From NCBI RefSeq assembly GCF_009914755.1, contig NC_060935.1: DNA of 64,000 nucleotides; one strand, given 5' to 3'. The stretch comes from the human T2T-CHM13v2.0 reference genome, Homo sapiens. Position 1 is the first letter of the stretch. Every line of letters starts with the position of its first letter. Positions 43,370 through 57,093 of this stretch are shown piece by piece. A program made the position numbers and the translations under genes. The notes beneath the pieces were generated by a model, which searched no databases, was not told where the DNA came from, and saw only the letters and a program-made list of their open reading frames with translations.

Positions 43370-43759
43370 CACATTGGAAACCACGTTTGACACCAATGTC
43401 ACCACGGAGATGAGTGGCCGTAGCATACTCAGCTTGACAGGGAGGCCCACACCTCTGTCCTGGAGACTGGGCCAGTCCAGCCCTCGGCTCCAAGCAGGAG
43501 ACGCCCCCTCAATGGGCAATGGGTATCCCCCTCGAGCCAACGCCAGCAGGTTCATCAACACTGAGTCAGGTCGCTATGTGTACTCCGCCCCTCTGAGAAG
43601 GCAGCTGGCCTCCCGGGGCAGTAGTGTCTGCCATGTGGACGTCTCAGACAAGGCAGGAGATGAGATGGACCTGGAAGGCATCAGCATGGACGCCCCCGGC
43701 TACATGAGCGATGGGGATGTTCTGAGCAAGAACATCCGGACCGATGACATTACAAGCGG
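43370..43759 (+). CDS. NAV2: NAV2 coding exon D (390 nt, symmetric phase 2-2) with LSWRLGQSSPRLQAGDAPS and GYMSD motifs
   Basis: Acceptor ggttttgtttctag|C ACA TTG; donor AGC GG|gtaagt; overlaps ORF 43374-43763. Confidence 0.96.
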
Positions 43760-44029
43760 GTAAGTACCCGGGGCCGCCCTTTCTCCCAGAGAGAAAGAGG
43801 GCTTGGCACCTGGCTTCTCTTTTGTAGGGCTCTATTTGATTCTTCTGGAGGAGGTCAAACTGCCCACCTGAGTTTCTGCTGTCCATATCAAAGGCTGTGT
43901 GACATGGAGGGAAACGCTGCTCGGCTGTGAGTCTGAAGGCCTGGGTAGTCCAGGCTTGGCCAGTAAATCACAACAGAGTAATACCTGAAAACAAACCATG
44001 TCGCATCAGTCCCTTAAACCAAACCTTGC

Positions 44030-44570
44030 ACTGAGGATGGACTACTTGCAGGTTAGACGGCCTCCCCGGGCCTATGAGATCTGGCCTGTACCTGCCTCTT
44101 AGATCTCATCTTCCTCTCTCCTACCTATTTCCCTGCTGCAGCTGTCCCTTCCAATCTTCAATCTTGTCAAGCTCTTTCCGGCCTCACAGCCTTGCACTCT
44201 GTTTCTCAGCCTGGATTCTGCTTCCCAGATCTTTGCATGGTAGGTCCTTCTTGCTGCTCAGCTGACACCTCCTTGGAGGGGCCCTCCTTGACCATGCAAT
44301 TTGAAGTAGGTGTGTGTCCTGCCTCCTGCCCTACGCATCTCCACCACTCTGTGGCAGGCTCCTTTGGAAGATTATCACTATTCGAAATTAGCCTGATTAT
44401 GTGTATATCCTCTGTTGCCTCCCGGCCCCCTCCTACTTGCAGCAGTAAGTACCATAAAGCAAGGACTTGTCTTGCGCGTTCACTGCAGAATCCCCAGTGT
44501 GTTGTGTATAATAGGAGCTCATAAATATTGCTAAATCAATGAACACGTGAATCAGTGAATGAATGAACAA
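44030..44570 (+). mobile_element. L2 fragment (3' end)
   Basis: taagtaccataaagcaaggacttgtcttg...ggagctcataaatattgctaaatcaatgaa. Confidence 0.65.
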
Positions 44571-44939
44571 ACCCAGCCTCCCTGTTTCTCTGTGTGCTCA
44601 TATATGAAGTGAAGGGGAGTGATGAGATGATGTCTAAGGAACCTTTCAGGTGGAGCCTGCCATGACTGTATAGCACGAGGCCTGGCTGGTAACTTGTTCA
44701 TGCTCCCCTCTCAGATCACCCTGCAGACTTAAGGTGCAGTGAGTTATTTCACTTGCCTGGGACTTCTTCCTTCATCTGTTAACATGACTTGCCCAGAAGT
44801 TCTCCAAGATCTTTTCCACCTTGAATGTTCTAGCTGTTAAAGTTATAGATAAGAAAAAGCAGAAATACTAATTGTGCCACTCATTTCCATGAAAATAATG
44901 ATCAAGAACCCAATGGGTGAGCCAGTATTTTTATAATTT

Positions 44940-45125
44940 AAATAATAGCTAACTCTCCTATATGCCAAACACAGTGCTAGGTGCTTTACTTTTATACTCT
45001 CTTGTTCTATCTCCATAGCAATCCTTTGAGGTAGATGATATCATAGTCCCCATTTTAGAGATGAGGAAGGTGAAGTCCAGGAAGGTTAAATAACTTGCCC
45101 AAGGGCTTGCAGCTATTAGGGACAG
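44940..45125 (-). mobile_element. MIR SINE
   Basis: cccattttagagatgaggaaggtgaagtccaggaaggttaaataacttgcccaagg. Confidence 0.8.
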
Positions 45126-45355
45126 AGCGTAATAGTGTACCATCTTGCCAACGTTTTATTGCTGTATTGAAATACTACAACTACTAGAGTTTATTTCAAA
45201 ATGAATTTGATTTTTCTCTGTTCTACCTCTGTGACTAGAAGTGTTCTTTTATTTCATTAAAAGCTGAGGCATAGAGGTGCTTTGGTTTTCAGCCTGTTAC
45301 TTTTAGAACTATCTTGGGTAGTGAAATCTTTGAAAACAGAATCCACCAAACCTTT

Positions 45356-45971
45356 TGCAGGGGCAAAAGGAAAATTTCCCCTTTACCCTCTGAAGGTTCA
45401 CTGGAAAATCAGCTCACAAAAGGCAGATTCATTGGAGAAAGGACATACAAATTTACTTAATGTATATACACAGAAGCCTTCAGAATGAATACCCAAAGAT
45501 ATAGGGGAGATTGTCCAATTTTATGCTTAGGTTCTACAAAGTACGGGCAGCTGTGTAGAAATATGATTGGGCAAAAAAGGTATGATCTAATGCTAGCAGA
45601 TGGAGTGGGGAAACCAAGCAAGGTTCTTCTTGGCCCTTCTGAGAAGCATTCCTGCCTTCTGCGTATGGGGCAGAGCCCTCTCTGTAATGGAGGTTTCTAC
45701 AATCAAACAAGGTGGGTCAGATAATTTCCTTATGCCCAGGCTTCACACAGAAAGGAAGAGGGAAAATTAGAATAATGTTTGGAGGTTTTATGACTGGCTT
45801 TGGGGAAAAAGGGTTCTGATTTCTATGGCCTACCTAGGGGCAGAGGGATTCTAGTTTCTATGGCTGGCCTCAGGGGAAATAGGATTGAGAGACCAGAGGG
45901 CAGAAAAAGGTCAGAGAGAAACTTTCACTTCTGAGGCCTTTATTTTGTAGTGTTTTCTGAGCTGCCCAACA
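45356..45971 (-). mobile_element. Solo ERV1 LTR, MER39/MER34-like
   Basis: TG...CA ends; minus-strand start tgttgggcagctcagaaaacactacaaaataaaggcctcagaag; flanks ccttt / cctta. Confidence 0.75.
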
Positions 45972-48114
45972 CCTTACAGTACAACAAATTTCTGCTGCCT
46001 GGAATGGCTGGCGCAATTAATGGAGTGAGAAATTAAATGACCTGGTCAACTTAGAGCATCCTTTTTTTTCTAGTTTTCCATAAACATGAAAAACAATAGC
46101 ATACACCTATTACTACAACTGAATTTCACATAATGTAATCTTTGTATTATTGTTTAGAAGACTTTTGGTATCTAGCATGGACTCAGATTTATTATTATCA
46201 ATTCCCATTTTCATATACTACCGAACAAATTGTGGCTTGTTTTGAGGTTTTTGTATCCTGTAATAAAGAGTTGATTTTATTGTCGAACCAGTCTTTCAAT
46301 TCTAAAAAGATGGCCAGTGAATTCATTTTGATGTAGTGTTGATTATGTCCACAAGGTGGAGACATTGAAACACTCTAACGTGAATCTTAGTGACAGCCGA
46401 CTGAGAAACTCCTGGTTTCTTTAACCATCCAAACCAGAGCCTTTACCTTTGCTTGAAAGCACCGATGTTTACATTTCAGTTCCAGCTTTGCCAAGCTTAC
46501 GTTTTAGCATGTGTGATAGCACTTAGAGCAAGTGTAGATAAAAAGTTCAGAAACGTAAGCAAAGCACCCAATTACTGAAACTGGAGAACTTTGGTCTGGT
46601 TTCTCTTCCTGTTCCTTTTAATGTAGAAATGTACCCTCAGCATGAGGAGAGGTAGCCCAGATGGAACCTAATGCTCCTTCTAGTTGTAGCATTCTAGAAC
46701 ACTTGTTAAGCATGTATCCACTCTGTGGAAATGCATGTGAATTTCTGCTTTGAGGCCAAGTTACCAGTTTGTGTTTACACGCAGAGTTCAGAGCAAGACA
46801 CTTAATGTCTTTTCTACTCATCATATTCTTCCTATAAACTGGCAAGGTTGTAAATATTGAAAGGCTGGTTATTCTGTGCTTCAGAATGTGCTGAATAAGG
46901 CATTGTTAAGGCAATTGATGTAGTGAAAGGGAAATAGACTGGGATATCATATTGGGCAGACCAGGGCTTAAACCCTCCCCAACCTCTTGCCAGCTCTGTG
47001 ACGTTAGGCATGTCATTTGACTTCCCTGAGCTTTGAAGTGCTACAATTAATACGGTTTTTAAACCTTCAGCTGGATTTCTGTTTGCAGTTGTATCTGATA
47101 AAGACCAAAATCCCAGTCGGGGTCTAGATGCCTTATCTCCCTCAAACATCCAGGCGCTTGGAAACAATGAAATGATTAAAGCTTTTGTCCAGATGTTTAT
47201 TTGGCTTAGTAGAAATGTAGCCTTGATGTATGAGTAATATATCAATCTCTACAGAGGCTCTTTGAGGAAAGTTCTTGTAAAAGTTTATAGCAAGTTTATT
47301 TAGAAAATCTGATATGGAAGTAAATTCTGGTTTCTAAAAACCTAAGACCTCTGTTTTTAAAGTGATGCTGTACTTCGGCTTGGCATAACAGCTATTTTTT
47401 GATGCCTCTAGTTCATTTTCTGTACCGGTGTGTGCATGTGCACCTGTGTGTATCCTTCAATTCTCCCTATGGTAGGGCTGAAATTACTTTATTACCATAT
47501 TACCATGTAGTTTAGCTAAGAATTAAGGGCAAATGCCTCTTACACTTTGTGTGTGTGTGTGTTCTTATATTGTGCCTGGTATATACCAGGCATGTCTAAG
47601 TACTTTACAGGTTGTTATCTGATCTCACTCATCCCTTTTATTGGATTGATAAATTGGGCATTGGCTGTAGTGGGGAGGAAATTAAAATAACAGATGAAAT
47701 TTCTCTTACTAGGTTTTGATCTGTGAAGTCAATCTTCTAGTCATATTCTAAAAATTCAAAGTGCCATATGGTACAGAATAAAATTAAAGGGGCAGACTCC
47801 ACGTCCATATGTTTGAAATGATTTTTTTTTTCTTTTCAAAGGAGGCACTGAGTTGTGTAATGTTCCAAAGTATAAGTAGATATCCCTTTATGGACAAAAA
47901 AATGACCCTTTAAATATAACATCAGAAGTTTCTCCCTCTCAGAACCTTTGATGGCTTCCCATTGCCTGTGGGAACAGATCTGAATGCCTTAACTGACTGT
48001 GGAGGCTCTTCATGGCCTCTGCCTCATCTGCCTTCGCTGACTTGCCCCCGGCCACATTTCCCTTCACACACTCCAGACTTCCCACTGCTCTAGGCTACCT
48101 GCCACCACCAAAAG

Positions 48115-48172
48115 CTGGTTCCTGCATTTGCAAAGCCCTGCCTCTGGTTCCTGCATTTGCAAAGCCCTCCCT
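48115..48172. repeat. Tandem duplication, 2 x 29 bp (1 mismatch)
   Basis: ctggttcctgcatttgcaaagccctgcct / ctggttcctgcatttgcaaagccctccct. Confidence 0.92.
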
Positions 48173-48528
48173 CCTGGGACATGCTGCTTTCTTCCTGGAA
48201 TTCCTTTCCCCTCATGCCCATCTGACTAATCCTGAAGAAAATGTCTCCCCTGTGATGTCCTCTGGGATTCCCCCAGTCACAGTTAGCTCAGTCTCACGTG
48301 TTTCTGGTAGTCTTGGTTCACACCTACCCTTACATATAAGCGTTTCACTTTGCATGGGAAGTGTCTGAAAGCCACTGGATGGTACTGAGGAAAGAGTATG
48401 TTCTTAAAAGGCAAACAGACTTGAGATTTAATCCTGGCTCTGCCAAGTGAACTGGAACAAGTTCTTAACCTTTGAATATTAGAGATAGAGCTTGAAAAGA
48501 ACAGGCAAGAATCTGAGATGCACAAGAA

Positions 48529-48568
48529 ATGTGCACACGCGCGTGCGTGTGTGTGTGTGTGTGTGTGT
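48529..48568. repeat. Alternating purine-pyrimidine tract, CG/TG microsatellite
   Basis: atgtgcacacgcgcgtgcgtgtgtgtgtgtgtgtgtgtgt. Confidence 0.9.
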
Positions 48569-49098
48569 CTTTCTCCACTAAACTTGGAGTTCCTAGCAGA
48601 CAGACAGCACTCATTATTTTTCTAAACCCAGAGACTGGGACTTAGCAGGTATTTAATATTTTGAGAATGGTCTATTCTTGATGCCTACTCTGGCAGGACC
48701 TTATGCTTATATAACTCGCTACCACACGCTATGAAGCTCAATGGTTCTATTTACAGAACACTTGGAGAAAGCCAGCTTAGCCTGTGGTGTCCATCTAGTG
48801 GTTGATAGAGGCTGTGGTCTCAATTCCTTTTCACTGTGAGTCATTGTGTTGGTTTAAAGCTCCTGGCTGGTGATATTTAGGGCTAAGGATGTTGGCTTTT
48901 GAGAATGAGGCTGATCAATAGCCTAGTGTGGAGAGAAAACAGGATGTAAGCATTTGGTCTTCCACAGTGGCTTTTTAGGGGCTGCTGTCTTCCCTCCTTG
49001 GTGGCAGGAATTACTTCATCAACAAATATGGGCACAGATGCCTGCTGGGAGACTCCGTTCTTCAGAAATTGAGGAACTCATTCATGCTGAATTAATTA

Positions 49099-49310
49099 AA
49101 GTCATCCCTCAGTATCCATGAGGGATTGGTTTCAGGACCCCCAGAAAATACCAAAATCTGTGGATGCTCAAGTTTTTCATGTAAAATTGCATAGTATTTG
49201 CATATAACCTATGTAGATCCTCCTATATACTTTAAATCATCTCTAGATTACCTATAATATCTAATACAATGTAAATGCTATATGGATAGTTGTTATACTT
49301 TATTTTTGTT
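49099..49310 (+). mobile_element. MER2 (TcMar-Tigger) fragment
   Basis: agtcatccctcagtatccatgagggattggtttcaggaccc...ggatgctcaagt...atttgcatataaccta. Confidence 0.85.
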
Positions 49311-49519
49311 TGTATTATTTGTTCATAAGAGGGTGCTTCGTGCTCTCATGCATCATTTGCATGTATAATGCCTTGTATCTTTTCCTTTATTGCCTGTCAG
49401 GTCATCTCCTCTCTGATTCCATCCAAGCAGAGGTAGTGACCTTTCTGTATGCTTCCTTGTTACTTGCTGTATCTGTATTAGCACTGGTAGCACTACATCA
49501 GAATTGGTTTATTAGTGTT

Positions 49520-49601
49520 TGTATGTATGTATGTGAGTATACGTGTGTGTGTGTATGTGCATGTGTGTGTGTGTCTGTATGTGTATATATATGTGTATAT
49601 A

Positions 49602-49636
<35 letters not shown>

Positions 49637-49637
49637 G
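49520..49637. repeat. Compound (TG)n/(TA)n microsatellite
   Basis: Read directly from the sequence. Confidence 0.9.
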
Positions 49638-49772
49638 GGATAGGAAAGACAAAACCCAAACCTGTCGTAAGTTCTAAAGGTTAAGGTCAAATCTGTCTTG
49701 AATGCTCCTGTATCTTCATTGGCTGGCACTGTGCCTGCCTGTTGCATAGTAAGCAGTCAATAAATATTTGTT

Positions 49773-50052
<280 letters not shown>

Positions 50053-50844
50053 TCAAATGAATGCTACAACTAACTTTAAAAATGGCAAGGCCAACCATAT
50101 TCCACTAAATGAATTTGTGACTATGATTGTAGCACCATTGAGTTTGAGGACGTAGCCACATGTCTTTCTTCTTCTGGGCCCTGTCAGTTTGGACTGCCTC
50201 TAACCCTGTGAGCTTGACATTGTCAATATAAGAAAAAGAGAGAACTAGGGGCATTTGCCATGTGGACTGATGGAAGATAGACATGCCCCTGTTCATCTCT
50301 TCCTTCTTTCACTGAACATTATGGGACAAATGTGTGTGGTATTTCTCACCAAGTCAGCATAGAACATAGCAGACAGTACCCTGAATCAAAGGGGGTAGAT
50401 TAATAGCATGAAAGGCTCTTTCTTATCTGGTGAATATGTCCAGACCAGACCTGGAGTGACCTTGATAGGCTGTTGTTTCTGGCAGACTGATAGGAGAGAA
50501 AGCCAGAGTGCTCCTTACAGCCTAACGCACCCTGGAGCCAAGATAAATGAATTTAGGAGAGGCTGTCCTGAAAGGCACTGATTTATGGCAGGTTCCAGCA
50601 GGGTGTGGCAGGCATCTCGAGATTTGGAAAGGATAGATTCTTGTTTCTCTAGGCCGATCCCACTGAAACGATCTTGGCTTTTGGCGCTCTTGGAACGCTT
50701 GGGAAGTTCAGGTTGCCAGCCAGCCAGTGGGCTGGTCTCAGTGGGATTAGGAAGACTGAGCTGTCAAGGAAAGGTAAAGACTCAGCTATGTGGACAGACC
50801 CATCTGTAGGGCTTGGAGCCGATGAATGGAAGGTCTCTCTTCCC

Positions 50845-51749
50845 AACACTCAGACACTAAATATGTGGGTTGCTTTCCCCACACAACCAATTCTCCTACA
50901 CCAGCTGAACATCCTATAATTCAATTCAATTCGGACACAATCTACCTAGAGTTAGCCTAGACGCCACAGGTTAAGGGCTCAGTTCCACAAGATTACCACA
51001 CCCCCGACACACATACACACACACACACATACACACACACACACATACACACACACACACACTCTCTCTCTCTCTCTCTCTCTCTCCAGATGCCAATCAC
51101 AAGTCATAGGTCCCAAGGTTACCCACACTTCTGTCCAACTTGGCTGCAAATCAGGAGTTCCCATGACCTCCCTTACATTCAGAGATTTGCTGGAATGGCT
51201 CAGAGAACTCAGGGGAACACTTATTTACTGTGGCTGGTGTGTTATAAAGCATATGGTAAAGGATACAGTTGAACAGCCAGATGAAGAGGTGCATAGTGCA
51301 CGGTGTGGGGGCAGTGCAGAGCTTCCATACCCTCTCCATGAGTGCCACCATCCCAGCAACACTGTGTGTCCACCACCCTGGAAGCTCTCTGAGTCCCATA
51401 GTTGAATGTTTTTTTGGAGACTCTATTATGTAGGCATGACTAGTTAAATCATTGGCCATCAGCAATTAAGTCCATCTCCATCCCCGCCTTACTGTCTCCT
51501 TACTGTCTTGGAGGTCAGAGGGCAGGAATGAAAGTTCCAATGCTCTAATCCCATGGTTGGTTTGTCTCGCAACCAGCTCCTATCCTCCAAGAGTCACCTC
51601 AGTAGCATAAGCCCAGGTATGTTTGAAAGGGGTTTGCTATGAATAACAAAAGATGCTCCTCTTACCCCTATCAAGAAATTCCAAAGACTTAGGAGCTCTG
51701 TGCCAGGCACTGGGAGCAGAGACCAAATATGCATTTCTCATTATGTCAC
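50845..51749 (-). mobile_element. MER21-family LTR containing a (CA)n(CT)n microsatellite at ~51008-51086
   Basis: Minus-strand start tgtgacataatgagaaatgcatatttggtctc...ggcacagagctcctaa; caggttaagggctcagttccacaaga; left boundary approximate. Confidence 0.8.
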
Positions 51750-54700
51750 AGCAAGTCACTTGCCCCTAATGCACTGCCATCCTCTTAAAACAGACAGACT
51801 TAAAAGATGCAATGAGGCTCCAAGATGAAGGAACAGGCCCAGAGTAGCCCAATAGGTTGGTGATGGGGCTGGGCCAGATCCTGTCTAGGGTTCTTTTTGT
51901 GCCTCTCTGCTTCCCTCAGTGTCTACTTGCTGACAGCTCTTAATAGTGTATGAATTCACAGAAATCATAAATACTTTTCCCTGTCTGATATTTTCCTTGG
52001 TGTTAAATATCCCAGGCAAGTACAATGGTCTCTTTTCCTAAGCAGCTCTCTAGGTAGAGTGAGCAAGCGCAGAGTCATGCAGAGGGCAAGATTAATTTCC
52101 CCAAGTGCTGCAGAACAAATGACAGCTTTCCCTGCATGGTTGTGATGTTGTCTGACATGGGTGGTTTGGCAGATGGATGGCTCTGGCTACTAATATCAGT
52201 CGTCCCTGATGGCTGGGGCAGCATCAACTGAACACCTCTTCTCCCTCCACGGTGGACCCACTTGATGTACTGAGTGCAGGAAACCTACTAGCCCTTATCG
52301 GCGTCTGGGTAGGCAGTCTCATCAGAGGAGAAAGAATAACTGAGCTGTTAGCCCACTGGAGGAGGAGAAATTCTCCAGCACTCCCATGCGCACTCTGTCC
52401 ACTGCTGGTGACGACAGACTTAGCAGGCTGAGACCTGGATTAAAAAGAGATTTACTGGGGGACAGCCCCATGGAGAAATGAAGTGTGGTCCAGCTTTGAC
52501 GTGGGCAGCCCAGACTGCCACAGATGTCTAATGGCAAATGCTGGCTTAGTAATTTATGGGGAAGAGAGAGAGAAAAAAAAATAAATGGGTGTCTTGTCTT
52601 CTCAGGAAACTAGGGTTGGGCCTCGATTTCTTGGGAATTTCCTAACTAGCTTTGAGGCTTGAATCCCTTCCTGCCTCCCTCCCACCCCTGCATCCTGTGG
52701 GAAGGAAAAAGAAGACGGGAACAAAAGTGGGTGCTTTGGGAGAAGGAAGTCTCAGGCCCTTGTTGAGAGGCCTCCAAATGGGCTGTTCCCTGCCTGCCAC
52801 CCACCCTTACAGATGTCCTCCTCCTCCCATAGCTTTCCAAAGCACAGGGTCTTCTGGCCTTGGACACTGGAATCCTTTCCTTTGGCCTACCTTCTGGGTA
52901 GGCTCCAGGCAAAAGGCAGTAAAATCCCGTGTAAAAAGTGTTTATTGAGTTTGTTATATGTTAAAGACTATGCTAAAAGCACTGAGACCAAGGGAAATGA
53001 GTAAGACCAGGTTGCCAAGATCCTAACGCTGTGAAGGAAAGATCATGCAACAGGGCACTGTGTAGGTCAGCATAAGAGTGGTGAGTGAAGGAGGCCAGTG
53101 AGGAAGTGATGGCTTGTGTTGGGACACAAACACCCTTACCATAAGGTGAGGGTCGGTGGGAAAAGTGTGGGCTGTGGAGTTTGACCTGCAGTCCAGGCTG
53201 GATCCACCACTCTTAGCTGTGTGTCCTTTAGTAACCTATTTAATTTCACTGTGCCCATCTCATAGGTTTGATGTGAGGTTTCAGTGAGATCATGGTGTGT
53301 ACTCTCAGCCCAGTGCCTGGCATGCATGCTTTAAGCACTCAGCAGGGTTCGCTACCATATTGTCCACCACTGTCACTACCAGCAGCAGCGGTGGCACCTT
53401 GAGGACATGTGAGCTGGGCCTCACAGGATAAACAAGGGCCCAGGCAGACCAATAGCCTAAGGACATACAGGCATTGTCATGTTATTATGAGGTTGGTGCT
53501 TGGGTGGGTTGCAGATTCAAGATGGAGGTTGGGAGGCAGTGGGCTCAGGTTAGAAGCTATTCCAGAGTCCACGCAGCAGAGCCACAGGGCTGGGTAAGGC
53601 CAGGGCCAGGGGAACAGATGCACAATGAGTTTAAAGACACTTTTTACATTAAACTCAGCCTGATGTGGGGGCCAGTTACACAGGGGACACAAAGGAGACA
53701 GAGAAGATAAGGATGGCTCCCCAGCTCCAGCCTGTGTTGTAACTGCTGGGAAATAGCTGATGTCTGTCCTCAGCATCCTTTGTCATTTCCTAGCTTTCCC
53801 TCTTGCATGTTAGCACCCACCCTGTGCTCCCAGATTGTCTCAGGCCTCTCAGGCCACCCCCAGACCAAGGTGGGTTGAATGTTTAAGGAGAGTGTAGAAT
53901 ATGATTCCAGGAGCCTTAGGAAAACCCGGTCCCACAGCCTGCCAACTCTTGTCCCCGGAGGAACTCAGGGCGCAGAGGGGAAGAACACCCTGCGTGTCCA
54001 TAGTTCATTGCAACCCAAGGCAGATGGTGGTGAATGTTAACATGAAGAGGCAAAATGTGGGGGCTCCAAAGTGGATCTGAAACTAGAGCAGGTCCTGTGG
54101 GGACCTTGTATGTTCTCACTTTCACATTCTGGGAAGCCCACTGTGCTCATCTGCAAATGAGAATAATAATGCCTGGAGTTATGGTGACAATTGAATGAGG
54201 TGACACAGGCAAAGTGCTAGCCCAGTTCCTGGGGCATTGCAGACCTCACCAAACTGTCCTCATAATGAGGGTGTTTCCTAGATTCAATCTGATATAACCA
54301 AATTCAGCACATCGTGCAGGATAAAAGTACTTAACATATTTCATGCTCTTCCCCGCATGACTCCTCCCCAAGCCCCAAAGGGTAAGAAGCTAGTGAGCCC
54401 TCTCCTTAGACATAAGACCATAACTGATGTTCATGTGGGAAGCATGAACACGATACCCTCCAGCCGACAGCTACCGTGCTGGGCGAGAGAAGCCCGCTGT
54501 GACTAATCATGCTTAGCAAGGTGCTCCTTCTTCCCCCTTCACCATCTGGACTGTCTGCTGTCTTGTTGGAACGGACCTCCTGCCCTTCCGGGGCTCTTCA
54601 CTGGCAAGCAGCATCAACAAAACACAGCCAGCATTTGGGTGTTACTGAGACTGGCCCAGATGTTTAAGGGAAATTCCACCTTAAGTCCATTAATCAACAT

Positions 54701-55235
54701 GACCGAGACTCTGCATGTTAGTTGAATCAAGTTGGCAAGTATTTAATAAGTTCTAGTCAGTTCCAGGCCCCTGACTGTGCCCTGGGGCTTGATGGACAAG
54801 AGGAGGAGTCACTTATTTGTTCTCAAAGCTGGACCGTTTGATACTCTACTTTTTGTGCCAACTTTTGATCATTCAAGGTTCTTACCAGGGGCCCATGAGC
54901 TCACACTTAGTGAAGTGTGCTTACATGTACAGGAAAAACATATTCCATCCTACTCTGGAGCTCCGGGTGGCTTATGGGGGCTGATATGTGTGGCATCCCT
55001 TCTGTGTGCTAGGCATCTTATCTAACTCCCACACTCTGGCTTTATACTGTTTTTATTAATAAAGAAAATGAAGACCCTAGAGGGTAATTGTTACTTAATT
55101 GTCTTAAGCCCATGGAAGAGTTGAAAAAGATGGCCTACCATTTTATTGTCACTTTCCCTTTGTATCCTGGGATTCCAGTGTGACTTTGGTGCTCTTGTTG
55201 CTTTGCTATAGTTGATGCTGTCCTGCATCCTTTAG

Positions 55236-55582
<347 letters not shown>

Positions 55583-55756
55583 AGGGCCACCCTCTTTGCC
55601 TGGAGAGTAGTGGTCTGCAGGCATCTTCTTTCTCTACTCAGTGTTATGCAAATGGACCTGGAAGACAGAGACCCGAGGGCTCACAGACAGTCCCTGAGCC
55701 CCCCTGTTTTTCCTGCTAAGCCTTTGCATAGTTCTCATCTAGAAAACCAAATCCAT

Positions 55757-55943
<187 letters not shown>

Positions 55944-56578
55944 TAGATCACTCAAGTTGAAAATACCCTTCCCAGTATTTTTCAAGGGCCAGCAGCTACA
56001 GAGTGGCTCAACAGATTTATGATGGGAAGGTTGGAGAATACCAAGTTCGAGTTGAGGTGAATATGAAAAGAAACATTTGGACAAGGTTGGGAGTATTTTG
56101 GCCCTGAGACAGTCGGCCCATGTTGAAAGACTCAAAACAGAAGGCTATGTGTGCCTGTGCTCAGATCAAGATAAGAAGCTTAAGTTTTGTTGGGACCTCA
56201 TGAACCTCTCATCAAGCTGTTCTGGAAGAAATGTACAATGGAAATGGAAGAAACTTTAGAGATAGAGGCAGAAGACCTGACTTCACATTTCTTGATTGGC
56301 AGCTGTGACCATAGGGAAATTTCTTCCTTTCCTGAGCCTCCCATGTGTTAAACTGTGGCGCACCTCTCAGGTGTGTGAGGAGGAGTAGAGGAGATGGTGT
56401 TTGTAAAGTGTTTGGCACAGGTAGCATGGTGGCTCCTTTAGCCCTATTGGAGTTACTACATCTGCTTGCCTTTTTAGTCTTTTATTTTATTTAGGACATT
56501 TACGAAGATGATGTCAGGCACAACATCTTATTCTTGAGCACAGTGACCAAATAGCTCCTGGCTGGATCAGAGTTGGTC

Positions 56579-57093
56579 TGTGCATTAGTCAAGGTTCTCC
56601 AGAGAAACGAAACCAATAGGGTGTGTGTAGGTTTGTGTGGGTATGGGTGTATGCATGTGTAGAGGAATTGGTCATGTCATTGAGCAAGTCCAAAATCTTC
56701 AGATGCCCTCGTTGCAGGCCAAGAGGGGATTCTACCTTTAGACTGCCTTTAGACTCGAGCTGCAACATCAACTCCTCCCTGGGTCTCTCAGCCTATTGGC
56801 CTGCCTACTGGCTGAGAGATCCAGAGTAGAGTCAGTGTGGCAGCTCAAATCTAAAGGCAGTCTTGAGGTAGAATCCCCTCTTGCTCAGAGGACATCAGTC
56901 TTTCAAAGCCTTCAACTGATTGGATGAGACCCACCTACATTATGGAGGATGATCTGCTTTACTCAGAGTCTACTGATTTAACCGTCAGTCTCATCTAAAA
57001 TATTCCTTTGCAACAATATCTGGACTCTAGTGTTTGACCAAATATCTGGGTATTGTGGCCCAGCCAAGTTGACACATAAAATCAGCCATCCCA
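56579..57093 (-). mobile_element. MLT2 (ERVL) LTR with an internal inverted duplication
   Basis: tagtcaaggttctccagagaaac...gccttcaactgattggatgag...cccagccaagttgacacataaaat. Confidence 0.85.
56720..56883. repeat. Inverted repeat: 74-bp arms, 16-nt loop
   Basis: Arms 56720-56793 and 56810-56883 align without gaps; 62 of 74 Watson-Crick pairs by manual count. Confidence 0.93.

Noticed and set aside
48788-48804. CTCF-like ccactagatgga on the minus strand (also gctgtagggggcag at ~133)
   Set aside because: Each deviates at a core position and lacks an upstream module; too weak without ChIP data
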